Counted from the first letter of the stretch, positions 51,640-64,000 are shown. The stretch is 64,000 nucleotides of DNA from Amoebophrya sp. A120 (GCA_905178155.1 CAJINV010000001.1:16182142-16246141); one strand, 5' to 3'. Program-made: numbers and translations. Notes: generated from the letters alone by a model not told the origin.

Positions 51640-53054
51640 AGAAAACGAGACCGCCGCATTTCTCATGTAATCACACTTCTGCTTGCCTGAGCCTTGATGC
51701 AGCACAAGTGGGCATGTGTTGTTCTAGCAGTAGAACAAACGCGCGACCCACTCACGGGGCAAGTGTTGATTGTAAAATATACCAAGGCATGATGTATACG
51801 CGAGGTAGAACCAAAAGCAAAAGTTTCACAGCACGAACAAGCTGTGGAGAAGTGATTACTCCACGTACCTTCATGACCAGGCGCTGGTTTTCTTCCATAA
51901 CTCTTGTGCGACGTGTACTAACCTGTGCGAATGACATGGAGGGAATTTGTGAAAAGCCTGCGCCCACCTTCTCTGCAGCGCACTCATCTTGACTCGATTT
52001 CGTCACATACTCGCAGCAATTTCGTCCGGGTTCCGCGGAGTCATCAACCAGAAGAGTAGGCAGAGTCAGTTGTCTTTTTTTCTCTCGTTGCGCACAGAAG
52101 TTGTCGAAGCAGAGGTACAACTGATTAGAGAGTGTACCGACTAGAACGCCATCGATCTGATTGCGAGTACCCCTCGGAGATCATGGGTCCTTGTTGGTAA
52201 AGTAACTACAGTGTTTTGTTGTAATTTGTGTCATAGTACATGATACATAGAGAGGAATCAATTCTGTATCATTTCTACCTTTTTTTTGCTCTTTTTCTTC
52301 CGCCAGGACGATGGTCAATTCATACAAGGCAAAGACGGACACGTTTTTTCCGCAACAACCGTAGTGAAAGGTGCTCTGCCTCTGCACCCTGACCACCAAG
52401 TAACATAACGTTGTAACCCAACGCCAATCCAAGATAAGAACATGAGCTTCTTTTTTCTTTCACTCACTCCAACGACTTACCTTGTGCATTGACGATTGAC
52501 TTAGTCACACTGAAAACGTATTTTTCTGTTGCAGTTTTCCTAACCTAGCTGTTCTGCGAAAATTGTGCACAGTGGAAAGCATGGTGAGGTGACACTAACC
52601 TAGCTATGCAAGAAGACCACGAACACGATCTATAAAATGATGTCCAAAAGAAAAGTAAAGATAGGGAAGCGATCTAATACAAATACAAATGTAATCAATG
52701 CAAGTCAGTGAATACGGTCAAGAAGATCTTTTCTGCAATGAATATGAAAGCAACTTCGAACGCCGATCACGAAATGAGTTCACAAGAAAAACACTTCAAC
52801 TTCTTGATCAATTGCTTTTTCTTGTGTATTACCTGCAGGTCTCCATTGTTAGTGAATCCCCCAACCATCTTGATTGATAAAGAACCGTGCGTAAGTTGAC
52901 ATATTTCTCCATCCACATTTGGAGCATTTCCTATTATCTTTCTTCAGTCCCCCTTCCACCTACCTAGATCTGGCCAGAATTTTTTTAAACAACAACTGAA
53001 ACACAGAAAATTATAATCGATTTTGTGTGTGTATATTTTCGATTGTCCTCCAAC

Positions 53055-55502
53055 ATGACGCGCAACAACAGCAACACTCAAGCCGCATGGTCGCCGGCAC
53101 GCACTACACCTGTAGTCGCTTTTTTTCAGTGCGTCGCGCTCCTGTGGTGTACACCGGCGGCCCCCCTGGGAGTCGCCGCCGGGGTGGTCCTATCGGAGCT
53201 GAGCAAGAGCGCAACATCTTTTCTTAAACAGGAAACGACGTCTCCAAATGCGGGAAAAAAGTTTTACGAACTGATGACACAACGGCATGTGGAGGAGCAC
53301 GACGAGTCGGCTCCCCGCCCCTTGCACATTTTGTTTGAGACCCAGGCCAAGACGGCGTTAGCGGGCGCTTACTCGGTAATGAAGTTTTTGGCCAGGAACG
53401 AGGGCGTAAAGGTCACGTTTTTGGCTCCCGTCGGGAAGTTGGTAGAAACCCCAAACGGCCGGATCGAATACGCCGACCAGCTCGTTAGCCAACAAGAGTT
53501 GGGCGAGGCCGCCGAGGAGACGCTGTTAGCTCGGCAATTGCGAAAGTACGATTCTTTACAGCAACAAGGCCGGGTGTTCACTGCGGTGCTCCAGAATCCA
53601 AACGGGTGTGCATGTTCATCTGGAGATGCAGATGACGACACTTGTTCCAGTACCGCGGGTGGGAGTAGGAGAGCCAAAAAATTGGTCTGGGATTTTTCCG
53701 TGTCCGACCGTGAGATCGCTAGCCTTTCCGAGGCGGGCGTGGAGTTTGTGCCGCAGCGGCCCCGGGCTGCACTGGGTGGGGCCGCGAGCTCAGTGAAGAA
53801 AGGCCTGGCGCACTTGTACCATTCTTCATCCGGTCGTGGTGCACACAACGCCGAAAAGTTGTCTCTCGCAAGACGGAACGGAAGCAATGACGGCTGGACT
53901 GTCCGCTCGTCAGAAACGAAAGAGTGGTCGCAGGCTTTTGTTGCGCGAAAAATTTTCGGAGGTCGCCTTGGCCCGGTAGATTTCGTTGTGATGGACCCTT
54001 TCCTGAAAAGTGATTCGGTGAGCCGCATTTTGGTCGACCGGTTCCGCGTCCCGGGGTCGCTCTGGGTAGGAAACTTCTCGGACAGTGTACCGCGCGCCCT
54101 GGGGTTGTACACCAAAGCCGAAAATGGTCTGCAATTCCCCACGTTTTCCGCACATTTTCTCCCCTGGACGCAGTCGAACGGGTTGTCACACAACGTAAAA
54201 CGACCCGATAACGCCAGGCCTCTGCGGGCGGAGCTCCGGGAAGAGGACGTCGGGCCCGTTGTTTCCGCTGCCGAGGCGAAAATACGAAACGTGCCGGTGA
54301 CGACCGATAGGGAGCGGGAACCCCAGCTCATGCAGACGGCGCTGGTCACGGAACTGTTGCATCCGAGCAACGATGCTGCGGGTGGAGCGATCGCGGCCGC
54401 CTCGAGTAACCCGGAAGTCCGGAAGGTCCAGGAGATGATGCGAAAGCATCGCGTTCACACCCTGCTGTACATCGCGTTCGGCTCTCAGGGCTTCCGCCTC
54501 TCTTTAGGGGCGGTTCGCGAGCTGATTCAAGAATGGGAAACTAAGCTGAAGCAAAAAGGCGTTGGTTTGTACCTTGTGCTTCCCCCAACCTACGATGTTG
54601 TAGACGCCGCCCTTCCAGAGGGTGGCCGTGCGTTGGACCACCAGAGGGCTTCGGGCCACCGTGACCACAACGGTGAGGAACAGCACAACAGCAGTGACGC
54701 GAGAATTCGGCAGGAGCTGGAGAATCTGCGGGCCCACACGGACGGTGTGCTGTTTTTCGTACAAAGGTCCCCGCAGAAGGACGTGTTCGCAGCTTTCGAA
54801 CGGGCGCCCGACCTGCAGCTGATCTACGTTTGCCACGGCGGCGGGGCCTCTTTGGCCGAGGCCATTGCGGCCACCGTTCCCGTCCTCTGCCTGCCGATGA
54901 TGAGTCTTGACCAGCCGACGAACTGCCGCCAAATCGAGAAGGTCGGTCTTGGCGTGACTCTGAATGCGATCACGCAGCGATGGCTCCTGCAGGAGCGCGG
55001 TGCGTGGTTGCAGCGCCCGGGAGCAGGGACCGCGCTGGAGCAACTGCGGGGCGCGCTCACACACCCGCACAAGGACTACTGGCAGTCCTCGTGGGACCGA
55101 AACCGGCCTGCCCTTTTGCCCTTCTCTCCGGAGCGATTTGTGGATGACACGTTCCTCTTCACTAAGGCGAAAGACCGGACCCTCGGGGGCGCGGTACTGC
55201 ACGTGATGAAAAACAAGCAGCTGTACGCGTCCAACCTACGCGAGGTCCAGGAAATGCTGCAGCAGGAAACCTTTGCTGACGTCCGGGAACTTGCTTCCCT
55301 TCTCGTCGATTTCGCCACGTTTGACTCCGGGACGCGACGCATGCTCTTTGGCGATTCGCTGCACTCTCAGAGCGGGAAGTTCGCGCAGCTTCCCCGCGAC
55401 CATTCAGAGTTGCGAATGTGCCGCACTCTGAATGACCCGAAGCAGGACCCGGAACAGCGCAGTAGTACCGAAATACGCCCTCGGAAAAGAATACACGATT
55501 AA
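53055..55502 (+). CDS. UDP-glycosyltransferase (GT1/UGT, GT-B fold) with signal-peptide-like N-terminus, intronless
   Basis: LYIAFGSQ and a UGT signature PQKDVF...VCHGGGASLAEAIAATVPVLCLPMMSLDQPTNCRQIEKVGLG; DFVVMDPF. Confidence 0.9.
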   Translation: MTRNNSNTQAAWSPARTTPVVAFFQCVALLWCTPAAPLGVAAGVVLSELSKSATSFLKQETTSPNAGKKFYELMTQRHVEEHDESAPRPLHILFETQAKTALAGAYSVMKFLARNEGVKVTFLAPVGKLVETPNGRIEYADQLVSQQELGEAAEETLLARQLRKYDSLQQQGRVFTAVLQNPNGCACSSGDADDDTCSSTAGGSRRAKKLVWDFSVSDREIASLSEAGVEFVPQRPRAALGGAASSVKKGLAHLYHSSSGRGAHNAEKLSLARRNGSNDGWTVRSSETKEWSQAFVARKIFGGRLGPVDFVVMDPFLKSDSVSRILVDRFRVPGSLWVGNFSDSVPRALGLYTKAENGLQFPTFSAHFLPWTQSNGLSHNVKRPDNARPLRAELREEDVGPVVSAAEAKIRNVPVTTDREREPQLMQTALVTELLHPSNDAAGGAIAAASSNPEVRKVQEMMRKHRVHTLLYIAFGSQGFRLSLGAVRELIQEWETKLKQKGVGLYLVLPPTYDVVDAALPEGGRALDHQRASGHRDHNGEEQHNSSDARIRQELENLRAHTDGVLFFVQRSPQKDVFAAFERAPDLQLIYVCHGGGASLAEAIAATVPVLCLPMMSLDQPTNCRQIEKVGLGVTLNAITQRWLLQERGAWLQRPGAGTALEQLRGALTHPHKDYWQSSWDRNRPALLPFSPERFVDDTFLFTKAKDRTLGGAVLHVMKNKQLYASNLREVQEMLQQETFADVRELASLLVDFATFDSGTRRMLFGDSLHSQSGKFAQLPRDHSELRMCRTLNDPKQDPEQRSSTEIRPRKRIHD

Positions 55503-57126
55503 ACAACTACGAAGGCCGTTGTAGCGAATCAGCAGCGTGGAAACTTCTCCCGTGAAAACTTTTTGTTCTCTCGTGGCACTTCCGAATGCAACTCTACAAG
55601 CAGTTAGACTTAGAGTAAGTGTAAGTAGCAGTAACTGATTGAAGATTTATTTTCAATACGATGACCACAAAAGGCTGAACATGTGAAGACGTAGAAATGG
55701 AAGCTTTTTTCCCTTCTATGTCTCCTCTCGGCGCTTCTATCGTTGAGACAACTGAAGATTTTTGTATATCATATAGCGCTTTATGAGCCCGAAGCACTCT
55801 CGTGTTACACGAGTCGTGTAGCACCGCCAGGACGTAAGCGAGCTGCCGGGCAGCGCCTCAAGCATTTCCTCTTAAGAAGAGACCCAACTACGCCAACATT
55901 CGAAAATAATATTCTGTGTTGACATGTATGATTTATCGCACCCTTCATCTTCAAATGATTTTTGCGAGCACGAAACGGAAGCACGTGCGTCAACCATTGG
56001 AAAATACTTCACGATACTTAGTCATCGAGTTTTCGACCCCTTCATCAACCCATCAGGAGACTACAGCATACAGATACCTGTGCGCGGATGCATCAGGTTC
56101 AAGGAGATAAAGAAACCGTTGTGTTCACAGCCGTAATCATCAATTTATTTTATTCTGGCAAAAGTGATACCAAGCGCTCAGAGTGCTTTGTGTCAGATCT
56201 TTTGCGAAAGATCATTCCTCACAGTGAACAAAGGCGGGCGTTGTGCTTCAAATGTCGATTCCGCGGACAGCCACGCAAAAGGTCTACCAAAGTTCTTGCA
56301 ATCGGTGGACTTTTATGTGCAGCCCCCTGCTTCGCATACAAATGCAATTGGTTGGTTCAAGCTGGCGTGCAAGGGGTTGTAGCAGCGCGGTGCTGCTAGC
56401 AACGTGCGTATCATTCGCCCTATGACATCGATCCGATTATCGGTATAGAAGCAACGTGTATTCATATTCAATCATCGGAAGATGTCGTGAGTCTTAGGTT
56501 AACGCCAAAAAGCTTATCGCCTCCTGAGGCATACTCCTCGCATCATCTTTTTTCAGTATTTTTGAGTGTCAAAATTGAAATCCTTCGTGAATTTTTTTTT
56601 CCAAGCGCAGCGATCCTTCGTGAAAAACAAGACAAATCGTTCAGATCCGTCTCTTAGGTTGACATGAAGAGAAGCGAGAATTGGATCGGGATCCAAGGCA
56701 TAGATCCGAACTCGAAAATAGGATCTTCTGCTGGACACGTTCATACCAGTTGTTTCGATCCTGATTTGAAAGCCCTGCGGCACTTCTGCACAAAAACAAC
56801 ACCTGAGGCGCAACACGTCGACAGTAGCAATCCTTTAAAAACGATTTGTTGTTCCAATGGGAAGATGCAGGCAGGACGATGAAAGTAACTCAGGTGTAAC
56901 GTACGTTTGTCAGTCGTTTAGTGCTCAGTATCTATAACATCAGGTGACATTAGACTTTAATAGCGACGACACTGTACTGAAAAACAAGTTTTACGATCGA
57001 GCAGACGCAGCTTCCTACGACTTACTTACTTGGTCTTACGTACTTGCGATCATCATCATCCTCCTTGCAACAAGTCATTCAATTGTACGTAGCCTCGATT
57101 TTTCATCTACTCTGTTTTCCTGCAAC

Positions 57127-58702
57127 ATGGCGAAGAACATCCGGAAGAAGCAGGCGGTCCGCAGAAAGGCTGAGGGAAAGGCGACCGCGCGAAGCAAAAA
57201 GACGGTAACCAAAGACAACAACCCGCTCGCAGATCGAAAGGTCGCCAAAACGCACCGAGGCCGACGGGAACTGAAAGCGCGGGAGCCAAAGGTGGTGGAA
57301 AATGCAAAAACAACACTCCTGATCCGCGGACAACGAACAAAAGAGGAGGTATCTATTTGAATGAGTTCAAGAAAATGTCTGTATCTATGATTGTTCTCGT
57401 CAACTCAACAATTTGTACTGAAATTCACTTGCATTACAGCAAGGATGAAGTAGAAATATTCTTGCGACATGGTGCGCTGAGCCGGGTGATGAGACCGTGG
57501 TAATTGCATTGTGTATGATTTACTTCTTGATGCCTATCCTTGAACTTGACAGCTGCACCAAGTGCTGAAGGACATGCACGACCTAAAAAAGCCGTTGAGC
57601 GAAGCGCTCTTTCGCAAGCACGAGGACGCGAACCCGTTCGAACCGGAGGGCGCGGCGAAGATTGTAGAGATGTGCAACAAGAAGGACGCCGGGCTCTTTG
57701 CGTACGGGTGCTCGACCAAGAAGCGTCCGCACCGACTGGTCCTGGGGCGGCTCTTCAACCAGGAGCTGCTGGACCTAGTGGAGTTTGACGTGCAGGACAT
57801 GCACACCTTCCTGCCCAAGGCGAAGCTTCCCACCCTCGGCGCGAAGCCGCTGCTGCTGTTCCAGGGCGCCGGGTGGGAGCTGTCCGAACCGATGCAGCAG
57901 GCAAAGTCGCTGCTGATGGATTTTTTCCGGGGCGCCAACCCGGAGCGGGTCAGTCTCCACGGGCTCGAGCACGTGCTGGTGTTCACCTGCGACCACGCCT
58001 TCGGCGCGCTTCCCTCCACTGCTGCAGCCACCGCCGCTGCGGGCGCAACTAGTAGTGCCGCGACGGGTTCCTCGGCGAAAAACGGTAAGATCCTCTTCCG
58101 AGCCTACCGGGTGCAGATGAAGAAGAGCAGCACTGGAAAGTTGCCGCGCGTCGCACTAGAGGAGACAGGGCCCCGATTCACGCTGGCCCTCGATCGCGTC
58201 AAAGAAGCTGACCCTGCAGTCCTGAAATTGGCAATGAAGGTATAATAAGAAATGGAATGTTTGAGTAGAGTGTTGGGTGCGGGTACGGGTTGCTACCTAA
58301 CTATCTGGAATTTGCAGTTTTTCCCGCTTAGAATGCAGTTGCAGAGTTGTGGTTGTGCCTAGACCCACATGACAAACGTAGCTCATCTACATCGAGCTCA
58401 TGATCCACATGAAGATAGCAGGTTTTAGATTTTTTCTGCACGGCATGGCAATGGTCACATGATAAATACAACAGGTTCCTGCCGGTGCCGAGAAGAGAAA
58501 AGTAAAGAACGAGGAGAGCAGCGGGGTCGGGAAGAAATTTGGCCGGTTGCATTTGGGACGACAAGATTTCAGCAAGATCAACACCCACGGTGTGGGGATA
58601 GCGAAAAAGCGGAAGACCGCGACGGATCAAAGTGGAGCATCTTCTACCACCGCCAGCACTGCAGACGCGGCTATGAACGTCGACCAGCCAGCGGTCGCAT
58701 AA
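57127..58702 (+). CDS. RPF2: Ribosome production factor 2 (Brix domain); exons 57127-57348, 57553-58239, 58475-58702
   Basis: REPKVVENAKTTL, LKDMHDLKKP, NPFE, STKKRPHRLVLGRLFN, KPLLLFQG, LPRVALEETGPRFTL, GRLHLGRQDF; in-frame GT-AG introns. Confidence 0.95.
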
Positions 58703-59967
58703 AGACAACCTACTTGAAGATGTCGACCACTTCGCTGCAATGTCAGCTGCATAAAAAAGATGCTGCAAAAAATCAATGCAGTCGTCGTGAGTGTGTGATG
58801 TGCTTTTTTGGTCTTGATTCTCCATGTTGACATCTGCGTGTCTATCGATCTGTCTGTGCTACTGGAGGGCGGATCAAGAAGAATTTCTGCGAATGTAAAG
58901 AATCTGGTGCATGGATATGCTGCAATCCCTTTGCTTGGTTCGACACGTGTGTTCGATCGCTCATTCATCGTAGGTCCCGTGCTATTCGTGAAATCGGAAA
59001 CAGGGGAATGATCTTCGTTGAAGAATGCTTCTGCAAAGGACCAGGATCGCGTGGGTCGTCAATAGTTGTGTTCGTGCGGAATGATATCAAAAGCCAATCG
59101 AAGGGTCATCGATGGTTACCGAATAACTACAAGTAAGAATTTTACCACGACTACTATAGTCAAAATAAAAACCGCGGCCGGGATGTTTAGAATAGAACAG
59201 AGAAACTAAGAGTTGCCTTTATTTTCACAAGAAGATGCACTGGTGAGAAAGGCAATGCTGTAGTTTTTACGAATCACTAGACCTCAGCAGGCTCAGTTTT
59301 TCCACAGGATCGAAGTGTACGCGTGATCCACCGCTATTGTTTTTCACAATCGCAACATTTATTCAGCATTTTTTTCTTTGGTAAAACTTCGTTAATAACC
59401 GACTTTACGAAGGATCAGCATTTCCAATTTCAACCCTGCGCTCCGCTACTTGTGAACAGGCACCCGCAGAAAAAACGCTATCGATCCTCCTGAAAAACCT
59501 TGCACGTATTACCTTTCTAAGATTTCAAAAACTTTCACTTTCTGGTCACCCGCGTTTTCATTCCTTTTTCAAATTTTGCTCAAGAGATCTATCGGCATTA
59601 ACCCTAGGGCGATAAATTTTTTGACCACCTCCGAAAAAGTACTACAGCCAGATATCAAGCGAAAAAATATAGACGAGTTTTTTTTCTGCGCGAGATCGCG
59701 TGTACGATCAAATAGTCGCTCCACCCACAATAAGGTGGTCTGATAATCCAGCACTATACGGGTCGTATTTTACCTCTCGCCGCCCATCCATCATTCAAAG
59801 GGGAAGACCGAAAAATAAAAAAAAACAGCGAAGGGGATTTGGAAAGTTTTGTTTTATTTGACGACTCGTAAATCTTTATTTCACTCTCCCGAACCAGAAG
59901 AACAATCTAATTTCATCCTTTTTATTCGTCATAGCCTAGTAGACCCCCAAGGAATAAAACGAAAACC

Positions 59968-62299
59968 ATGTCGAACGCTTTGGACGCGAGCTTGGACGAC
60001 TTAATCAAGTCGAAGAAGATGAAGGGTGCCAAGGCAAAGGCAGGGGCCGTGAAGAAGAGCGGGCAGAAGCAGAAGGGTAAAGGGAAGGGCAAGGCTGCGA
60101 AGAAATCTGGCGCAAAGGGTGCCGGAAAAAAGGATTCCTCCAAGAAGGTTCTTAGCTGATTCGATTTCCTGATTTGCATTTATCGACGTAGTTCTCATGC
60201 GTACTTATGCCCCCTGTTTTATTAATGTCGTTCCACTACTGATCCAGATCCAGTAGATGGGTCACGCAGGTTTGTTTGAAGCATGAGCTATCTGGTTTTC
60301 CTCCCTCAAGTTCGCCAGGACACGCGACGGGCTTTTTGTCGTGCCTTTGAAACGAACTTATGATCAGGCATTTCGTTCACCACAGTGAGCGACTGCGATT
60401 CGACATGGACAATATTTATTGTCATAGATGAACTGATTTTTCTTGTCGAAAGTTGGCAAATTGAAAATGAAAAAACGAAAAGGTTTCGGCGGAAGACAAA
60501 ATGAACATGAGCCTCGACGGGGTGATGAAGCTGACGAAGCCGATGAAGAAGATGAGCACTGGGGGCGGTGGCGGGCCCAAAACCACCAGCATGAAGAACA
60601 AGACGAGCATGAAGAAAATGGCCGCGGGAGCGAAGAAGTCGCTGGCCGCCAAGCGTCAACTGGTGAAGAAGCTCAAGTCCACAAAGAAGGGCAAAGGCAA
60701 GGGTAAGGGAAAGACGGCCATAGCAAAAAAGCGAACTGTTCGCAAAACCATCCAGAAAAAGAAGAGCGCCGGGAAGGGCTCCGCACAAAGCAGCAAGGTG
60801 AGAACAGCACGGCATTTTATTATTTTGCTAATTTCATTTGTTCACCTTGTAAATTGAAATGTCGCCAGAAGCTTTGGACAAAAATCCTTGGTATCCTTGC
60901 ATGCTTCTCGGAGAAAAAGTATATAGTCACACGAACACGTCGCACAGGGCTCAAAGGGGAGCAGCTACAGCAGCCAGAAGGGCGGCAAGAACTGGGCATC
61001 CGAGGGCAAGGGAAAGGGAAAGAAGGGCTCGTCAGGCAAGGGCTCCAGAAATTCTTGGAACGATGACTGGAGCGGCAAAAACTCGGGCGGAAAAAGCTAC
61101 AAGGGTACTATATCAAACAATATGAGAAAGATGATTACGCTTGCAGGACAACATCAAAGATAAAATTAATCGAACTGACAGGAACTTGCATATTTGATTT
61201 TGCAAAATCTTTGCCCACACTTGACAAAAATAACTGTCGTGAATGTACAGTACACATGAATTTCATCTTGTAAACAACGTCCATCACAGGCGGCAAGGAC
61301 AAGAGCTGGGGTAGCAGCTGGAACGGCGGCAAGAGTGGCTACGATAGCTGGAACAACGACTGGGGGAAGGGCAAGGGCAACGGCTGGGGCTCTGTAATCT
61401 ACTCTACTGTAGTACACATTTTTATCGGTTCAACGGAATCATTCATACTGGAGTGATCTTAATCTCTGTGTCACATGTAGCATTGTCGTTGATCATACTT
61501 ACTGAATTCAAGCCGTAAATACGGAATTTTAGTTGTCTTGTGGTGGTTTCACCCCAATGCGAAGTGTGTACAGGGTGAAAAGGAACGAAAGCGAGCGTGT
61601 GCGTGTTCAGCACACAACTTTTTTTTCGTTCGAACAACAAACAGAGCAACAAGTGGGACGGAAAGAACGACGATCGGGACTTTCTCCGGGACTCCTACAG
61701 CTCCAAGCCCTACGGCAACCGGTCACATCTCCCGAACAGCATTGCCAAGCACAAAGGAACGGGTAGTTTCATCAAAGTCATGGATAAAATTTTTGCCTTT
61801 CTGCTCCCTGCGCATTTTTTCTGCCTGTGACACTTGTAGAGGAGAGCGTGTTTCTTTGTGATGTAAAAATGTTGTGATACGATTTTTTTTTCTCGGGAAA
61901 ACAGGTAAAATGATCCAAATCGCGAACTGCCCAGCCAACTTGGCGAAGGAGGAATTGAAGGGCGCGTTCCAAGACGTGGGAACCGTTACGAACGTGGAAC
62001 TCGACAAGAGCGCACAGGTATTGACGAAATTTTGTGAGTAGATAAAGAAAGCTCGCGCTCGTCAGTGTGACAGCACCTGCATCTTCAAGGCTACCTTCAG
62101 TTTGTGGTCACCGGATCGATAGAGCCAGTTGTACCACCTACTTTTTTCTTGATGTGCTCTTCTTGATCACGAAGATTGAAACAAAACTATACAGCTTGCC
62201 TGGTTGGTATTCGAGCAGAGCCGGGATGCGTACGAAGCCGAGCATCAGTTTGACGGAGGGGAAATCAACGGAAGCACGATCAAAATCACGATTATCTAA
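59968..62299 (+). CDS. ALY/REF (Yra1/THOC4)-like or FoP-like mRNA export adaptor; exons 59968-60147, 60483-60797, 60948-61104, 61290-61393, 61645-61762, 61905-62017, 62195-62299
   Basis: UAP56-binding-like motifs LDASLDDLIK and KMNMSLDGVMK, a K/G/W-rich linker, C-terminal RRM (IQIANCPANLAKEELKGAFQDVGTV...AWLVFE...FDGGEINGSTIKI); six in-frame GT-AG introns. Confidence 0.8.
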
Positions 62300-64000
62300 T
62301 CTGCAATCGCAGATACAACTTGTCTCCGTTTCTGCAGTTCATCAAGATTTCAATACTACAACTACCTCCAAATGTATCAAGTTCAAGTATCACCAGAAAG
62401 AGCTCCATTATGATTAAATGTGTTACATCTCTAGAAGCTGTTACTGTTACTTTCCATTATGATAACCTCCTCGAGGACTACAACGGCGCGTAGTCTACTC
62501 TACTGACACCAGAATTATTCTACACAAAGAGAATACCTGTATAGCTTGTTGTACTTGTAGAACTCCACCCCGGACGAAGTACCAAAACACGGCGAGTCCT
62601 GTTGTTACATTTTGTGACGCTTCGACTCGGACTACTGTAGCAGTGAGCAAAGGACGTGTCTGCTCCAGCTCCACCCAAAAAAAACAAACTCTTGCAAGAC
62701 ATAGATTAGAAGGAGATTAAATCGCCTTTCCTTTCGTAAACGTTGTGATGTACGTATTTCCTCGCCGGCAGCTTCGGCCCTGCCTGAAGAGGCGACTCAT
62801 TGCAATTTCGGAAGCAGCGGCATGGGAACAGAGATCACTTAATGGGTCGCGTGGTATCGTTGTGTCGTGATACGTTCTCGTCCGGCCGCGGACCCTCGGT
62901 GACTCGGTACTACGACATGAGACATCCGGCAGATAACACAGTACTTCGATAGAGATTCTGCTAGCTTGTCTACACTGACAGAGCTGCGGTGCATGTTTTG
63001 GAGCAGATGAGATCTTCTGACATCGCAGACGGAGGCTCGAATCAAGAAACTCAGATTCAACCCTGCCAGGACGATAGCGGCATATGTCTCGGTCGCACCA
63101 GACGCCTGTGTGCCCCTTACCTGCTTCTTGCTAGGTCATATTCTAGTGGCCACTAATCTCATTGCACAAAACGATTTGTGCTTTGTGGTGCGTCTGCTCG
63201 ATGTACTAGAATGGTACTAGCACGGTAACTAATCACTACAGCTCTTGCCCCTGCCAAGTACAGCCAATGCAATGGATTGACATATCACACTTTCTTTTTG
63301 CCGAACCAGCATGGCCCGCCACAGCCGTGAGTTTTGCGGTTCAATAGCAGAAAGAGCGCGAACTTGCTATCGGACTTCAGGCACGGCAAAGTGTCAATAG
63401 TTTTGGAAGTCTCGCAGGATGTTTTTGCACGGTTTTCGAGTTCTGAATTTCATAGTTAGTACGACGAACCGATGCGATGACGCGATCTTTGTGGCCTATA
63501 TAGAAGAACGACGTATAGTAACTGTTCATTGCCGCTGCGCATTTCTGCGAAGCGCGCTCGCTGGATATTTATCATCTCATTCTTCTACGCCGCAATTCAG
63601 TATTCAGCGTCTGGCAGATCCTGCACGTCGGCCTCTCACTCTTGCGCTGCCGCGGCAAAAACTCTCCTTGACCTGGCAAAATATGTTGTGCTGCAAACAC
63701 ACACGACACTGAAGTATTTGTAACGGCAGCAGGGTGTGGATGTGGTCCTCTACTCTTGTTCATTGATATTGATGTTACAGTAAATGACTCTACAAGTACT
63801 GACACTGAGATTGGAAATGGAACAACATGCAGCACCCTATGTATATGCATGTTGCGGCCAGCAAAAGGCTCCTGATGCAAGATTAAACAGCGTGCCACTT
63901 CTTTCCATTCAAGGGAGGAGACGAAATAAAGCGAACCAAAGTTCTTGTAGACCATTTTGATTTTCCCCCTTGAGATCGAGCGCGGGACTCGTCTGGTGCA

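Noticed and set aside
51085-51670. Apparent frameshifts at the end of the LIM-gene region
   Set aside because: A GT-AG intron 51151-51401 joins STANYR to YGYYDSREAAE in frame
415-55202. Long minus-strand ORFs (e.g. 29907-31247, 44577-45758, 53369-54370, 7378-8283)
   Set aside because: Antisense shadows of GC-rich plus-strand exons with no motifs of their own
1-64000. rRNA, tRNA, snRNA or dinoflagellate spliced-leader (CCGTAGCCATTTTGGCTCAAG) sequences
   Set aside because: No convincing match seen by eye; a covariance-model scan is needed to exclude them
62300-64000. Short ORFs at the window end, and likewise at 1100-3000 and 55500-57000
   Set aside because: No coding-like codon bias or recognisable motifs; treated as intergenic

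Overview
Eukaryotic nuclear DNA, gene-dense, with GC-rich exons and AT-richer 110-400 nt introns. All supportable genes (about 13) lie on the + strand. This layout, plus introns that are terminal-inverted-repeat elements with target-site duplications, suggests an alveolate parasite such as Amoebophrya (Syndiniales); that assignment is inference. Genes in order: Pumilio/PUF protein (3' part), DIM1 with a long low-complexity insert, FSH1/OVCA2 serine hydrolase, 9-exon coiled-coil protein, multi-pass membrane protein, mitochondrial MAM33/p32, small single-TM protein, a ~4,400-aa type-I surface protein, a degenerate Tpt1/KptA-like protein, a LIM-domain protein, a UDP-glycosyltransferase, RPF2 and an ALY/REF-like RRM protein. 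The most notable signals concern splicing. Two unrelated MITE-like elements sit at intron positions in MAM33. Ordinary introns have inverted composition (A/C-rich acceptors with no polypyrimidine tract, GTAC/GTAT donors). Two junctions are hard to close with GT-AG. A diverged ~480-bp tandem duplication at 4.1-4.9 kb has conserved hairpins and a telomere-like motif. All exon structures were inferred by eye and need RNA-seq.
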